Assembly: GCA_964360065.1 (NCBI GenBank)
Contig: CAYHTW010000003.1
Span: 1 to 42,852, forward strand
From: an uncultured Candidatus Saccharibacteria bacterium
Lineage (GTDB): Bacteria; Patescibacteriota; Minisyncoccia; UBA6257; Colwellbacteraceae
Direction: 5' to 3'
Length of the DNA stretch: 42,852 nucleotides
Below are positions 1 through 8,991 of the stretch, one piece after another (position 1 is the first letter of the stretch; each line of letters begins with the position of its first letter). The notes under the pieces are model-generated. The model was not told the origin of the DNA, did not search any database, and saw nothing but the letters and a program-made list of their open reading frames with translations. The translations under genes and the position numbers were made by a program.

Positions 1-646
1 TGCCGCGAGGGTATGACCCAGTGGCAATGGTACCGATAGAGGTGAGGATGCCAGTTGGCGCCGTAACTATCCCCGGCATAATCGTTAATGAGTTGCCTTT
101 CTCGTAATCAGTGTTAGAGTCACCGCCGTCACTAGTCATATACGGCTGATATTTTTGAGACTCTAAAGGAGTAGCCAATTCAAATTGAGTCGTACTGGTA
201 GAATATTTGTAATAACTAGAACTGGTATTAACGGGGTCTACTGGAAGAACTGAAAAAGACGAACCTATCGACATACTTGTAAAGTTCACTGGGATCCATC
301 CGGAGCTATCTACCTTCCTCAAATTTGCCTGCGTAACGCATCGATAGGACGCACCGCCGGCAAGAATAGGCAAGCCGGTGATATTAACACAAGTAGAGGA
401 AGTGTCGGGTAAAGATATATAAAGAGTATTTGAAGTACCAAAACCTCCGGTAGCTGAAAAGTCTGCGCTGAAAATAGAGATTGCATTAACTATAGCGTCC
501 AGATCCGAAAGCCTTTGAGAATCTCTCGTCTGCTTGATACTCTCCGCCGGATTTAAGACCAAGACGACGGCCGTAGAAAGGGCAGCAAGGATTGCAACGA
601 CGATAAGAAGTTCGATGAGGGTGAAGCCCTTGTGGTTTAATCTCAT
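1..646 (-). CDS. Type IV pilin-like protein with a long C-terminal extension (3' end outside the window)
   Basis: Manual translation from ATG 646 gives MRLNHKG|FTLIELLIVVAILAALSTAVVLVLNP, a class III prepilin cleavage/N-methylation motif. The frame appears open to the window edge (...TSIGTIATGSYPRG). Absent from the ORF track because it has no stop here. Confidence 0.85.
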   Translation of the reverse strand, partial: MRLNHKGFTLIELLIVVAILAALSTAVVLVLNPAESIKQTRDSQRLSDLDAIVNAISIFSADFSATGGFGTSNTLYISLPDTSSTCVNITGLPILAGGASYRCVTQANLRKVDSSGWIPVNFTSMSIGSSFSVLPVDPVNTSSSYYKYSTSTTQFELATPLESQKYQPYMTSDGGDSNTDYEKGNSLTIMPGIVTAPTGILTSIGTIATGSYPRG

Positions 647-650
647 ATTA

Positions 651-1793
651 TTATCTAAATTCTACAATAATTTGGGCTATTTTTGAAGCTGCCTCTGGTT
701 TAGCAAAAGCAAACGCTGCTTCTGACATTTTGGCAGAGATGGCCTTATCTTCAACTATTTTTTTAACGTGGTTAATAAAGAGATTGGGCAGGAGATTGGT
801 TTGTTCCATTACCTCGCCCGCCCCAGCAGCTGTGTAGTCGTAAGCATTCTTAGTCTGGTGGTCTGAAGCAGCAATACTCGGTGGTAATGGTATTAATATT
901 GATGGTTTACCGAAAGCGGCTATTTCAAATATCACCCCGGCCGAAGACCGGCTTACTACGAGATCTGAAGCAATGTAGGCAACTTTAATTTCGTCACCAA
1001 AGTAATCAACGGCTTTATATCTCTTAGCCACTTCTTCGGGCATCTTTCCGGCGATAAAAGACACTTCTTTCAGAGTCTGCTCGTAGTTCTTTGGACCAGT
1101 CTGATGCAATACCTGCGTTACCTGCAAAATCGCAGGGAGATTGTCCAGAATAAAATCATTAATGCTCATTGCTCCCTGTGAACCACCTATAACTAAAATT
1201 AAAGGCAGTTGCGGGTCAAATCCGTATGCTCCCTTATTCCTCTCCTTAGATTCGGTAGCGATTCCGGCGAGGAGCGAACGGCGGATCGGATTACCAACAA
1301 GCATGACATGTTTCCCCTGGAAGTAACTTTCGGCTCCGGGGAAGGACGTTAGTATTAACTTAGCAAACCTGGTTGATAAGAGATTAGTAAGTCCAGGCAC
1401 GGTGTCGGATTCATGAATAATAACCGGTATAAAATAGAGCTTGGCCGCTAGTACTACTGCCAGAGCTCCTGGACCGCCCTTGGAAAAAACTACATCTGGC
1501 ATAAAGAAAAATATTTTTGCCGCAGCTTGAAAAAAGCTGTAAACAAATTTTGGACCGTCAATAAAATTATGAATAGACATATACCGGCGCAACTTGCTCT
1601 CGGCCACTCGCCAGACCTTAATGTTGTTCCCCTCTAGTAGGGCCTTAAATGGTCCATAAGCGCCTAGATATCTTAAGTCCAGCGTGATACCACTCTGCCC
1701 GCACTGGGTCTGTATTTCTGCACCAATAGCGACAAGCGGATAAATGTGTCCTCCTGTTCCTCCTCCGGTTAATAAAATTCTTAATTTACGCAT
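651..1793 (-). CDS. murG: Lipid II GlcNAc transferase MurG
   Basis: GGGTGGH, HES, GNPIR, GGSQGA and ILIP...HQ..NA motifs; next to ftsW. Confidence 0.95.
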   Translation of the reverse strand: MRKLRILLTGGGTGGHIYPLVAIGAEIQTQCGQSGITLDLRYLGAYGPFKALLEGNNIKVWRVAESKLRRYMSIHNFIDGPKFVYSFFQAAAKIFFFMPDVVFSKGGPGALAVVLAAKLYFIPVIIHESDTVPGLTNLLSTRFAKLILTSFPGAESYFQGKHVMLVGNPIRRSLLAGIATESKERNKGAYGFDPQLPLILVIGGSQGAMSINDFILDNLPAILQVTQVLHQTGPKNYEQTLKEVSFIAGKMPEEVAKRYKAVDYFGDEIKVAYIASDLVVSRSSAGVIFEIAAFGKPSILIPLPPSIAASDHQTKNAYDYTAAGAGEVMEQTNLLPNLFINHVKKIVEDKAISAKMSEAAFAFAKPEAASKIAQIIVEFR

Positions 1794-2877
1794 CTTTACT
1801 TATATTTAACATAACACCACTCATTGTGAGAAATGTAGCCAAAGCCGTTCCGCCGTAGCTTATAAATGGCAACGGCACGCCAGTGAGCGGAGTCAGCCCA
1901 GTATTGCTCCCGATGTGCAGAAAAACTTGCACGCCAATAATTGTACCGAAACCTATTAAGGTTAGCTTGCTAAAACGGTCGCTGACTTTTCTGGATAACT
2001 GATAGCTGCGAAAAACAAGAAAGAAAAATAGACCGACGATAGTTATACTTCCTACAAAACCAAACTCTTCGGCAATGATTGGAAAAATGGAATCCCCAAT
2101 ACGTTCCGGCAAGTATCTTTTAGCAATGGACTTGCCATAGCCCGTCCCCCAGATGCCTCCGGCTCCTACGGTCCTCTGGGAAATACTAACTTGATACCCA
2201 GACCCCGAAGAATCGCTTGCCCCATTTAAAAAAGTTTTAATTCTGTCGGAACGATATTCGGTCACGGCCACAAGTAATGCCAAGGCGACTATTCCTAATA
2301 AAATTGTTGTTAATATATACCTCCACTTGGCGCCGCTCGCAAAATAAATCACTAACGCCCCGCTCATAATTATTATTACCGAACTCATTGATTTCTCTAA
2401 CACCAATAGCAGCGTGATAATTCCACAAATAGCGAGGAACGGCATAAACCCCTGTATCAGGTCCTCTGCCCTCCTGCTCTTAGCGCCGGAGAGCCAAGCC
2501 GCCAGATAAAAGACAAAAGTGAGTTTAAGTATTTCAGATGGTTGAAATGTAACTGGCCCTACAGCTATCCATCTTTCTGCCGCCGTTCCTGCGGAATACC
2601 CCAAGGGTGTGAAAACTATTATCAAGCTCATAACACTTAGTAGTAAGGCGAAGGTGGAAAATTTCTTATACCAGCGTAAGGGCAGATACAAGCCAGCGAA
2701 GAAACCGACAATCCCCAAACTTAGCCCGTAGTAAATTTGGTGCTGGAGATAATAATAAGAATTATCAAACTTTGTCTTACCTAAATCAGACGAGGCGGAA
2801 GCGAGCATCATCAGCCCGAACACTGTCAGTAAAAAAACTGTTATTAATATCGGATAATCTATCTGCCTTCCCCTCAT
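1786..2877 (-). CDS. ftsW: SEDS peptidoglycan glycosyltransferase FtsW
   Basis: RWI..GP.TFQPSE..K, YLPE...D.IF.IIAEEFG and TGVPLPFISYGG motifs; upstream of murG. Confidence 0.92.
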   Translation of the reverse strand: MRGRQIDYPILITVFLLTVFGLMMLASASSDLGKTKFDNSYYYLQHQIYYGLSLGIVGFFAGLYLPLRWYKKFSTFALLLSVMSLIIVFTPLGYSAGTAAERWIAVGPVTFQPSEILKLTFVFYLAAWLSGAKSRRAEDLIQGFMPFLAICGIITLLLVLEKSMSSVIIIMSGALVIYFASGAKWRYILTTILLGIVALALLVAVTEYRSDRIKTFLNGASDSSGSGYQVSISQRTVGAGGIWGTGYGKSIAKRYLPERIGDSIFPIIAEEFGFVGSITIVGLFFFLVFRSYQLSRKVSDRFSKLTLIGFGTIIGVQVFLHIGSNTGLTPLTGVPLPFISYGGTALATFLTMSGVMLNISKDA

Positions 2878-2909
2878 TCTTAATTATTCTTGTTCCTTAA
2901 TATTCTTTT

Positions 2910-4397
2910 TTACTGTCTCCTAGGTTTATGAACCAGTATTTCTCCACGCCCGGTACAACCCGCCACTATAGTCTCGCGAATCTTACGATCGCTTTGTCCC
3001 ATAATAACGAGATCGGCCACCTTCCCTTCTTTAATAACTCCCCTGTCGGCAATGCCAAAATATTTGGCCGGCGCAGAAGTTATTTTTTGTATGGCCTTCT
3101 CTAAGGTCATTATTTTCCTGCCCGTTACTAAATCTATAAATTTCGGGAAAGTATTAATAGATCTCTCGTGCTTCACGAATTCCCCAGGAGCCGGAGAGTT
3201 GCCATTAGAAGCTATGAAAGACCTCTCGTCAAAGAGCAAATTCTCCAAAAGCTCCAGATTAATGTCTTTAGAAAATATTGTGGCTTTGAGATTGGTTATT
3301 TTCATAATATGTATAAGTGCTTCCGGAATCTCCATCTCCAAATCTTTGGCAACTTCCCGGATAAGACGGCCCAACAAGTATCCATTCTTCGGCGCGCCGG
3401 CTATACGAATTTCACCAATCTTCTCGCTTAATGGCTTGAACTCACCCTTAATCTTTCTGACCATCTCTGGGTTATTGAATTTCTCCATCATTTCAGACTT
3501 ATTATCCGACTGAACCCAAGTAGGCAAGAGTTTATAAATAGGATATATGCTCGTGTCGTGGGGATAAATGTCAAAATAAAGTCGCCCAACAGGCGTATTC
3601 TCTTTAATGTATTCCAAAGATGAAGTAAACTGCTCCTCAAATCCTAAAAGAGGTCTGAAGTGGCTTATTAAAGTTTTTACTTCGTTATAATTTGCCACCC
3701 GGACCGTTTCTTCAATCGCTTTTAACACGTCATCGGTTTGATTTCTTAAATGAGTGGCGTAAACCGCACCGGTTCCCGACAATACCCCCACCAATCTCTT
3801 TACTTCTTTCTCGGAGGCGTACTGACCATGAATATACCCCAAGCCAGTTGAGAAGCCGTATGAGCCTTCTCTGATAGATTGAGCTAAAACTTTCTCATAC
3901 ACTTTAAACTCCTGCTCGGTTAAATTCCGTTGCTCACCCCTCGTAATTGCATCCCTAATAGTCTTGTGGCCCGAGAGAGTCCCGAAATTAACTCCTAAAG
4001 GAACTCTTTTCATACTATCAAGAAACTCCGCCGTAGTGTGCCAATCCACATTGACCTTATTTAAATCAGCCGAACCTTCAATAGATTCCAAGGTGCCATA
4101 GAGAAGCGGCGCGAGAGATGTACCGCAATGTCCGCCGATAATGGTGGTTACTCCCTGGGCGGTAAAATCTACCTGCTTAGGATTACTGAAAAGGTGGAGA
4201 TAGTGATCGGAATCGGTATCTATATCAATAAAACCTGGAGCCAGATAATTGCCCATACCGTCTATAATTTCGTCGGCTTTCTTGTACTTCAAATCCCCTA
4301 CAGCGGAGATTAAATTCTTTTGAATAAAAACATCGGCTTTAAAAGGAAGTCTGCCTTCGCCATCAATAATTTGAACACCTTTAATGAGGAGGCTCAT
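2910..4397 (-). CDS. N-acyl-D-amino-acid deacylase-like amidohydrolase with a divergent metal site
   Basis: APGFID, QGVTT.I.G.CG.S, G.STGL.Y, YATH.R, ISH and DRG.I.EG..ADLV family motifs; HxH replaced by DTD. Confidence 0.8.
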   Translation of the reverse strand: MSLLIKGVQIIDGEGRLPFKADVFIQKNLISAVGDLKYKKADEIIDGMGNYLAPGFIDIDTDSDHYLHLFSNPKQVDFTAQGVTTIIGGHCGTSLAPLLYGTLESIEGSADLNKVNVDWHTTAEFLDSMKRVPLGVNFGTLSGHKTIRDAITRGEQRNLTEQEFKVYEKVLAQSIREGSYGFSTGLGYIHGQYASEKEVKRLVGVLSGTGAVYATHLRNQTDDVLKAIEETVRVANYNEVKTLISHFRPLLGFEEQFTSSLEYIKENTPVGRLYFDIYPHDTSIYPIYKLLPTWVQSDNKSEMMEKFNNPEMVRKIKGEFKPLSEKIGEIRIAGAPKNGYLLGRLIREVAKDLEMEIPEALIHIMKITNLKATIFSKDINLELLENLLFDERSFIASNGNSPAPGEFVKHERSINTFPKFIDLVTGRKIMTLEKAIQKITSAPAKYFGIADRGVIKEGKVADLVIMGQSDRKIRETIVAGCTGRGEILVHKPRRQ

Positions 4398-4421
4398 TAA
4401 AGGTAATTATACACCAACTCA

Positions 4422-5462
4422 CTAAATAACTCTGTCTAAAAAGAATAAAGCGAGTCCCAAGCCAGCAAAAATAACGGAAATAATCCAAAAACGCATAGTA
4501 ACCTGCGACTCCGGCCAGCCAATAGCTTCAAAATGATGATGAATCGGAGTGGAGAGGAATATCTTTTTCTTAAAAAGCTTTTTACTGGTCACTTGTATTA
4601 TGACCGAGACGGATTCAAAAACCATAACAAAAGCGAACAAGGGTAGTAAGAAGACGGTGTTAGTTAACATCGTCATCACCCCGAGGGTAATGCCTAGTGC
4701 CATGCTACCGGTATCCCCCATAAAGAAACGGGCCGGATAAATATTAAACCAGAGGAAAGCGAGGAGCGCTCCGACTATAGACCCGCCCATAACCGCCAAA
4801 TCATATCTCCCTAAAGCAAAGGCGACTACCGTGAGAGCCGAAAAAGCGAAAAGTGAAACTCCTCCTAAAAGTCCATCAAGCCCATCGGTTTCGTTAGCTG
4901 AAAAAGCGCTAGCCACAATGATGAACATGAATATCGGCACGTACCACAAACCGATGTCATATACTCCAAAGAAAGGAACTTTAATAACGTGCCAGTCTAA
5001 TGGTCCATAAAACCACCAAGCACCCACGGCCGAAATAATCGTGTAGACTAGAATCTTATGCTTAACACTTAATCCTCCTCCTTTAGGCCCAATTTTAAAA
5101 ACTCCCAAGAGGTCATCGAATAAACCAAGTAGAGCGGCGAGTAGTAGAGCCGTGAGAGGCAAATAAGTTTCCGGACGGCTGATGAAATTAAAATTGCCGA
5201 AAAAACCATCAAAAATAAAATCTAAAACTCCGAAAATTGCAGCGAGACCCAAAACAGTTGCCCAAATAATAACGCCCCCCATAGTCGGTATACCAGCTTT
5301 GCTGGCATGCAGTTTAGAAAATATCGGAGCAGATTCGGAAGTCCTGATCTGTTTATTAAAATTAAGCTTAACTAAAAGTCTGGAGACAGGAGCGGTTATC
5401 AAAAGTGCCGCTAGGAACGACACCATAGTTATTACCAAAACTCTGACCGCTTCTACTGCCAT
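4422..5462 (-). CDS. mraY: Phospho-MurNAc-pentapeptide transferase MraY
   Basis: PTMGG, DD, N.TDGLDGL, FMGDTGS and P.HHHFE..GW.E motifs. Confidence 0.95.
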   Translation of the reverse strand: MAVEAVRVLVITMVSFLAALLITAPVSRLLVKLNFNKQIRTSESAPIFSKLHASKAGIPTMGGVIIWATVLGLAAIFGVLDFIFDGFFGNFNFISRPETYLPLTALLLAALLGLFDDLLGVFKIGPKGGGLSVKHKILVYTIISAVGAWWFYGPLDWHVIKVPFFGVYDIGLWYVPIFMFIIVASAFSANETDGLDGLLGGVSLFAFSALTVVAFALGRYDLAVMGGSIVGALLAFLWFNIYPARFFMGDTGSMALGITLGVMTMLTNTVFLLPLFAFVMVFESVSVIIQVTSKKLFKKKIFLSTPIHHHFEAIGWPESQVTMRFWIISVIFAGLGLALFFLDRVI

Positions 5463-6343
5463 AATGAGCCTATTATTTTTCGCGTTTCAACGTACCTGTC
5501 TTCATCTCCTAAAATTATGATGGTTTTAGGCTCGCCTGCTATATTAAAAACCGAAAGAAGATTTTCTCCAGCCTCTGGAGTCGTGCCGGTCTTACCTCCA
5601 AGAAAATATGCCTGCCCAGCGAATTCGTTGATATTAGTCAAGGTCCTGCGTTTACCAGACTTCAGATCAGTTATGGTGTCCTTGGTCTTTCTGGTCTTTT
5701 TAAAAATGTCCGGATGATAGCCACGAACATAGCCAGCCAAAATAACTAAGTCATTAACAGTTGACTGGTTCTGGACTGAAATGCCAGCTGGATCAACGTA
5801 ATGAGTATCGTTCATCCTCAAATCACTAGCCTTTTGGTTCATAGCGGCGATAAAATTGGCCCGACCGTAATGGATAGCGAGAGCATAAGCGGCATCGTTA
5901 GAAGAAGGCACCAACATCGCCTTTTCCAAATCACTCACTTTATATTTCTGTCCTTTTACAAAAACAGAATTTCTGTCAGCGACTAACATTTCACTAGTCA
6001 TCTCCACCACATCAGTCGCCTGCATCTTCTCCGAAACAACAACTGCCGTCATTAATTTAGTAATGGAGGCAATAGGCCACCTCTTGGTGGTTTCCCAGCC
6101 AAAAACTTCTTTACCGCCATCTCCGAAGGCCCCGGCAGCGGTAGCGGTGATATCTATTCTCGGTGTCACGCCAATATCGTTACCTCCGTCAAAACTGGCT
6201 TTGGCAAAGTTATTTAAGTCTTTTGCTAAACCAATCTCCTTAGAGCTAGCCGAAAAAACTCCGTAAGAACTTACGAGTGCCGTAAATAGCGCCAAGGCTC
6301 CCAAGATATAAAAAGTTTTAAGATTGAGTTTGAGGTATTTCAT
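5453..6343 (-). CDS. D-Ala-D-Ala carboxypeptidase (peptidase S11)
   Basis: SxxK (ASITK), SxN (SSND) and KTG motifs; N-terminal anchor or signal. Confidence 0.9.
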   Translation of the reverse strand: MKYLKLNLKTFYILGALALFTALVSSYGVFSASSKEIGLAKDLNNFAKASFDGGNDIGVTPRIDITATAAGAFGDGGKEVFGWETTKRWPIASITKLMTAVVVSEKMQATDVVEMTSEMLVADRNSVFVKGQKYKVSDLEKAMLVPSSNDAAYALAIHYGRANFIAAMNQKASDLRMNDTHYVDPAGISVQNQSTVNDLVILAGYVRGYHPDIFKKTRKTKDTITDLKSGKRRTLTNINEFAGQAYFLGGKTGTTPEAGENLLSVFNIAGEPKTIIILGDEDRYVETRKIIGSLWQ

Positions 6344-6884
6344 TTTCTTTTTTCAGAAAAGATTTCACTAATCCACGATACTTGGCATGCTCAGGCAGAC
6401 TGTCTACTGAACTGACTCCCATATGCTTCAAAAAATCGAAACTGACATTATAGATAAAAGCGTTGCCTCTTTCTGGGTCCTGCTTCCTCTCCACAAGCCC
6501 TCTGATAGCTAAATTTCTTAAAATAAAGCTGGAGTTTACCCCACGGATGTAGTCAATCTCAGCTCTGATGCAAGGCCCTAGATAAGAAACAATGGCCAAG
6601 GTTTCCAGGCTCGCGGCGGTGAGCTCAGAATCAAATTCTTCTTTAATAATTTTTTGAATTATTTCGGAAAACTCCGGTTTAGTAACTAGGCTGTGTCTGT
6701 CTTCAGAGGAGAACATTGCCAATCCTCTGGTATCGCTCTGCAACTCAATTCGCAGCGCTTGTAAAGCCGCTTCGGCAACGCCGTCTGTTACCCCAAGTTT
6801 TTCAGAAAGAGTCTTTAACTTAACTGGCTCTCCATACACGAAAAGCAAAGCTTCTAATTTGGCTTGTAGGTTAGATTGAGGCAT
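6318..6884 (-). CDS. scpB: SMC-Scp complex subunit ScpB
   Basis: LEALLF and LT.A.LETLAIV.Y..P..RAEID.IRGVNS. Confidence 0.93.
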   Translation of the reverse strand: MPQSNLQAKLEALLFVYGEPVKLKTLSEKLGVTDGVAEAALQALRIELQSDTRGLAMFSSEDRHSLVTKPEFSEIIQKIIKEEFDSELTAASLETLAIVSYLGPCIRAEIDYIRGVNSSFILRNLAIRGLVERKQDPERGNAFIYNVSFDFLKHMGVSSVDSLPEHAKYRGLVKSFLKKENEIPQTQS

Positions 6885-7590
6885 TAGATTTCGTTGTTAC
6901 TATTTCTATATCAGAAAATCCATCCTTCTGATTAATGTTAACTAAGTTATCTTTTAGAAGGTGGAGAAGAGCAAGGAAAAAGACGATAATCTCAGACCTG
7001 TCCTTGTCTTTCGTTAATTCATTAAAGCTCGTTCTAAATACTTTGTCCACCCGAATCATTAGCTCGTTTATTTTCTCTTCCAGGCTCATCAGCTTCATTT
7101 TTGTTGATTCCTGCTTCGGCAGGAAAATAGCCAACTCACTGCTCAATTTTTGTATCTTCATGAAGAGGTCTTCTGGGAGGACGGCTTGGGTTAGATAGAA
7201 GCCCCCTGACGCGCCAGCCAGATAATCACGGGAATAAGCAATGTGCTTCAGCCACAAGGACCGCAAGCCAGGCTCTGTCTCTTTCATTGTCTTGTAAATT
7301 TTTAGCCTGGCCTCAAGATCTACGATTTCTTTTTCTTCATCGTCGCTAACCATTAGCTGAGGTAATAGCGCGTGAGATTTTATCAAAATCAGTTTCGCCG
7401 CCACGTTAACAAAGTCCGCGATAACCCTTGGGTCAGATTCTTCAAAAGTTCCCAGGTATTTCAAAAAGTCAGCGGTAACATCAGCCAAGCTAACCCTGGT
7501 TACTTCCATCTGCCTGGCTTCAATAAGCTCAAGAAGTTTTCCTAAAGGGCCCTGGAATTCGTTTATTTTAAGTTCGTAAACTGTATTCAT
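6871..7590 (-). CDS. scpA: Segregation/condensation protein ScpA
   Basis: F.GPL..LL.LI, AA.L..IKS..LLP and FLALL.L; adjacent to scpB. Confidence 0.92.
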   Translation of the reverse strand: MNTVYELKINEFQGPLGKLLELIEARQMEVTRVSLADVTADFLKYLGTFEESDPRVIADFVNVAAKLILIKSHALLPQLMVSDDEEKEIVDLEARLKIYKTMKETEPGLRSLWLKHIAYSRDYLAGASGGFYLTQAVLPEDLFMKIQKLSSELAIFLPKQESTKMKLMSLEEKINELMIRVDKVFRTSFNELTKDKDRSEIIVFFLALLHLLKDNLVNINQKDGFSDIEIVTTKSNASI

Positions 7591-7592
7591 AT

Positions 7593-8777
7593 TTATTGAG
7601 GGAGATATGCGCCCTCGGTGTAAACATTACCGGCGTTCCAAATAAGCCAGCCATCGGTTACTCCGGCATCGTACGTAGCCTGTATCTGCGCCCTGATTTC
7701 TTTAGCGTAGTAATTAACCCCCACTAAATTAAAATCCTGCAACCAAGGACGAAGCCGGCCTTTATAACTGCCAGCCTGTAATCTCGCCATTCCGTAGTCT
7801 AAAGAATACTTTACCACTTCGTATGGGTAGCTGGCAGGATTCTTGTAGCCGATAAATCCTGAAGCGTAGTGTGATGGGTAAATCATCGGGTTAATATAAT
7901 CAAAATGAGCCAAAGCGTTTTCCATTATCTGTCCTATACCGAGGTCGTCTTTATCCACAATCGAGAGACCGAAAATGTCGGCGGATATTTTTACATCCGG
8001 CGTTTTATGCAGATGTTCGTCAAGATATGCAAAGAATTTTTCTATCTCGTCGGCTTTTAGAGTTTTACCCAAATAGAAAGGATAGCTTAGGGCTTCCAAG
8101 TCTCCATCAGTAGGAAATCTGATGTAATCAAAATTAATTTCATCAAAACCACGGGAGAGCGCGTCCTCCGCAATCGCGATATTATAATCCCAAACTTCTT
8201 GGCTAGTCGGATCCACCCAGCTTAAATTATTTCTGTCTTTCCAAACTTTACCCGTCTTGGAATCCTTTATCGCCAAATCGGGCCTGGCTTTAGCGAGAGC
8301 CGGATCTTCAAAAACCGCGATTCTGCCAATCACATAAATATTTTTATCGTGTAGTTCCTTAATAAGAGCATTTATTTTTGGGATGCGTTTCTCCTCCGTG
8401 CCATATTTTTTGGCATCTGGTATATCGGTCTCGTAACCAATCATCCCGGTAGAATCTTTAACGTCCAAGACAACCGCGTTAAGTTCGGTGGTATCAACGA
8501 GCTTCAAAACCTTCTCTCTGATACTCGCGTATCCTCCCACCCAGCTAGTCATGTAAACACCTTTGATGACCGTGGGTGGATTGGCCAGTTTCGGCTGCTT
8601 CTCAATATCCTGGTCCTGATTCTGGCGCTTAAGGGCGGCATCAGCCCGAGCCGAAATAGTTTGGGCATCATCTTTAGAAACCGGCGCTATAAGACTAATT
8701 GAGTTAGCTTCGGTTAATAAAAAAGCCGCACCTAAAACGGCGGCTACACCCAAAAAAATGAATAAATATCGGTGCAT
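7593..8777 (-). CDS. Membrane-anchored putative glycoside hydrolase (DUF4015-like)
   Basis: NAVV.DVKD..G, RI.VF.D, GFDEINFDY.RFP, PM.YPSHY and RPWLQDF; N-terminal TM segment. Confidence 0.8.
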   Translation of the reverse strand: MHRYLFIFLGVAAVLGAAFLLTEANSISLIAPVSKDDAQTISARADAALKRQNQDQDIEKQPKLANPPTVIKGVYMTSWVGGYASIREKVLKLVDTTELNAVVLDVKDSTGMIGYETDIPDAKKYGTEEKRIPKINALIKELHDKNIYVIGRIAVFEDPALAKARPDLAIKDSKTGKVWKDRNNLSWVDPTSQEVWDYNIAIAEDALSRGFDEINFDYIRFPTDGDLEALSYPFYLGKTLKADEIEKFFAYLDEHLHKTPDVKISADIFGLSIVDKDDLGIGQIMENALAHFDYINPMIYPSHYASGFIGYKNPASYPYEVVKYSLDYGMARLQAGSYKGRLRPWLQDFNLVGVNYYAKEIRAQIQATYDAGVTDGWLIWNAGNVYTEGAYLPQ

Positions 8778-8820
8778 TTAGTATTTACATTTTACGCTTT
8801 TAACTCCTATAATCGCAATA

Positions 8821-8978
8821 GCTCATATACTTCCTTCGTTCGCCCCGAACAAAAGTTGAACTTTTGCTCTTAGGCTCTCTAGGAATTATATTCGCTTTTG
8901 GCTTCATGTACTTCCGTCGCTCGCTCCGAACAAAAGTGTATGTTTACCCTTTTGCTCTTAAGCTCGCTAGGAATTATA
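8821..8978. repeat. Imperfect tandem direct repeat (units ~8821-8890 and ~8901-8978), each with a CAAAAG/CTTTTG hairpin
   Basis: Both units share TACTTCC.TCG.TCGC.CCGAACAAAAGT...CTTTTGCTCTTA.GCTC.CTAGGAATTATA. Confidence 0.9.
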
Positions 8979-8991
8979 ATGGAAGAGCAAA

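Noticed and set aside
8821-8978. CRISPR array
   Set aside because: Only two long diverged units, no repeat-spacer periodicity and no cas genes.
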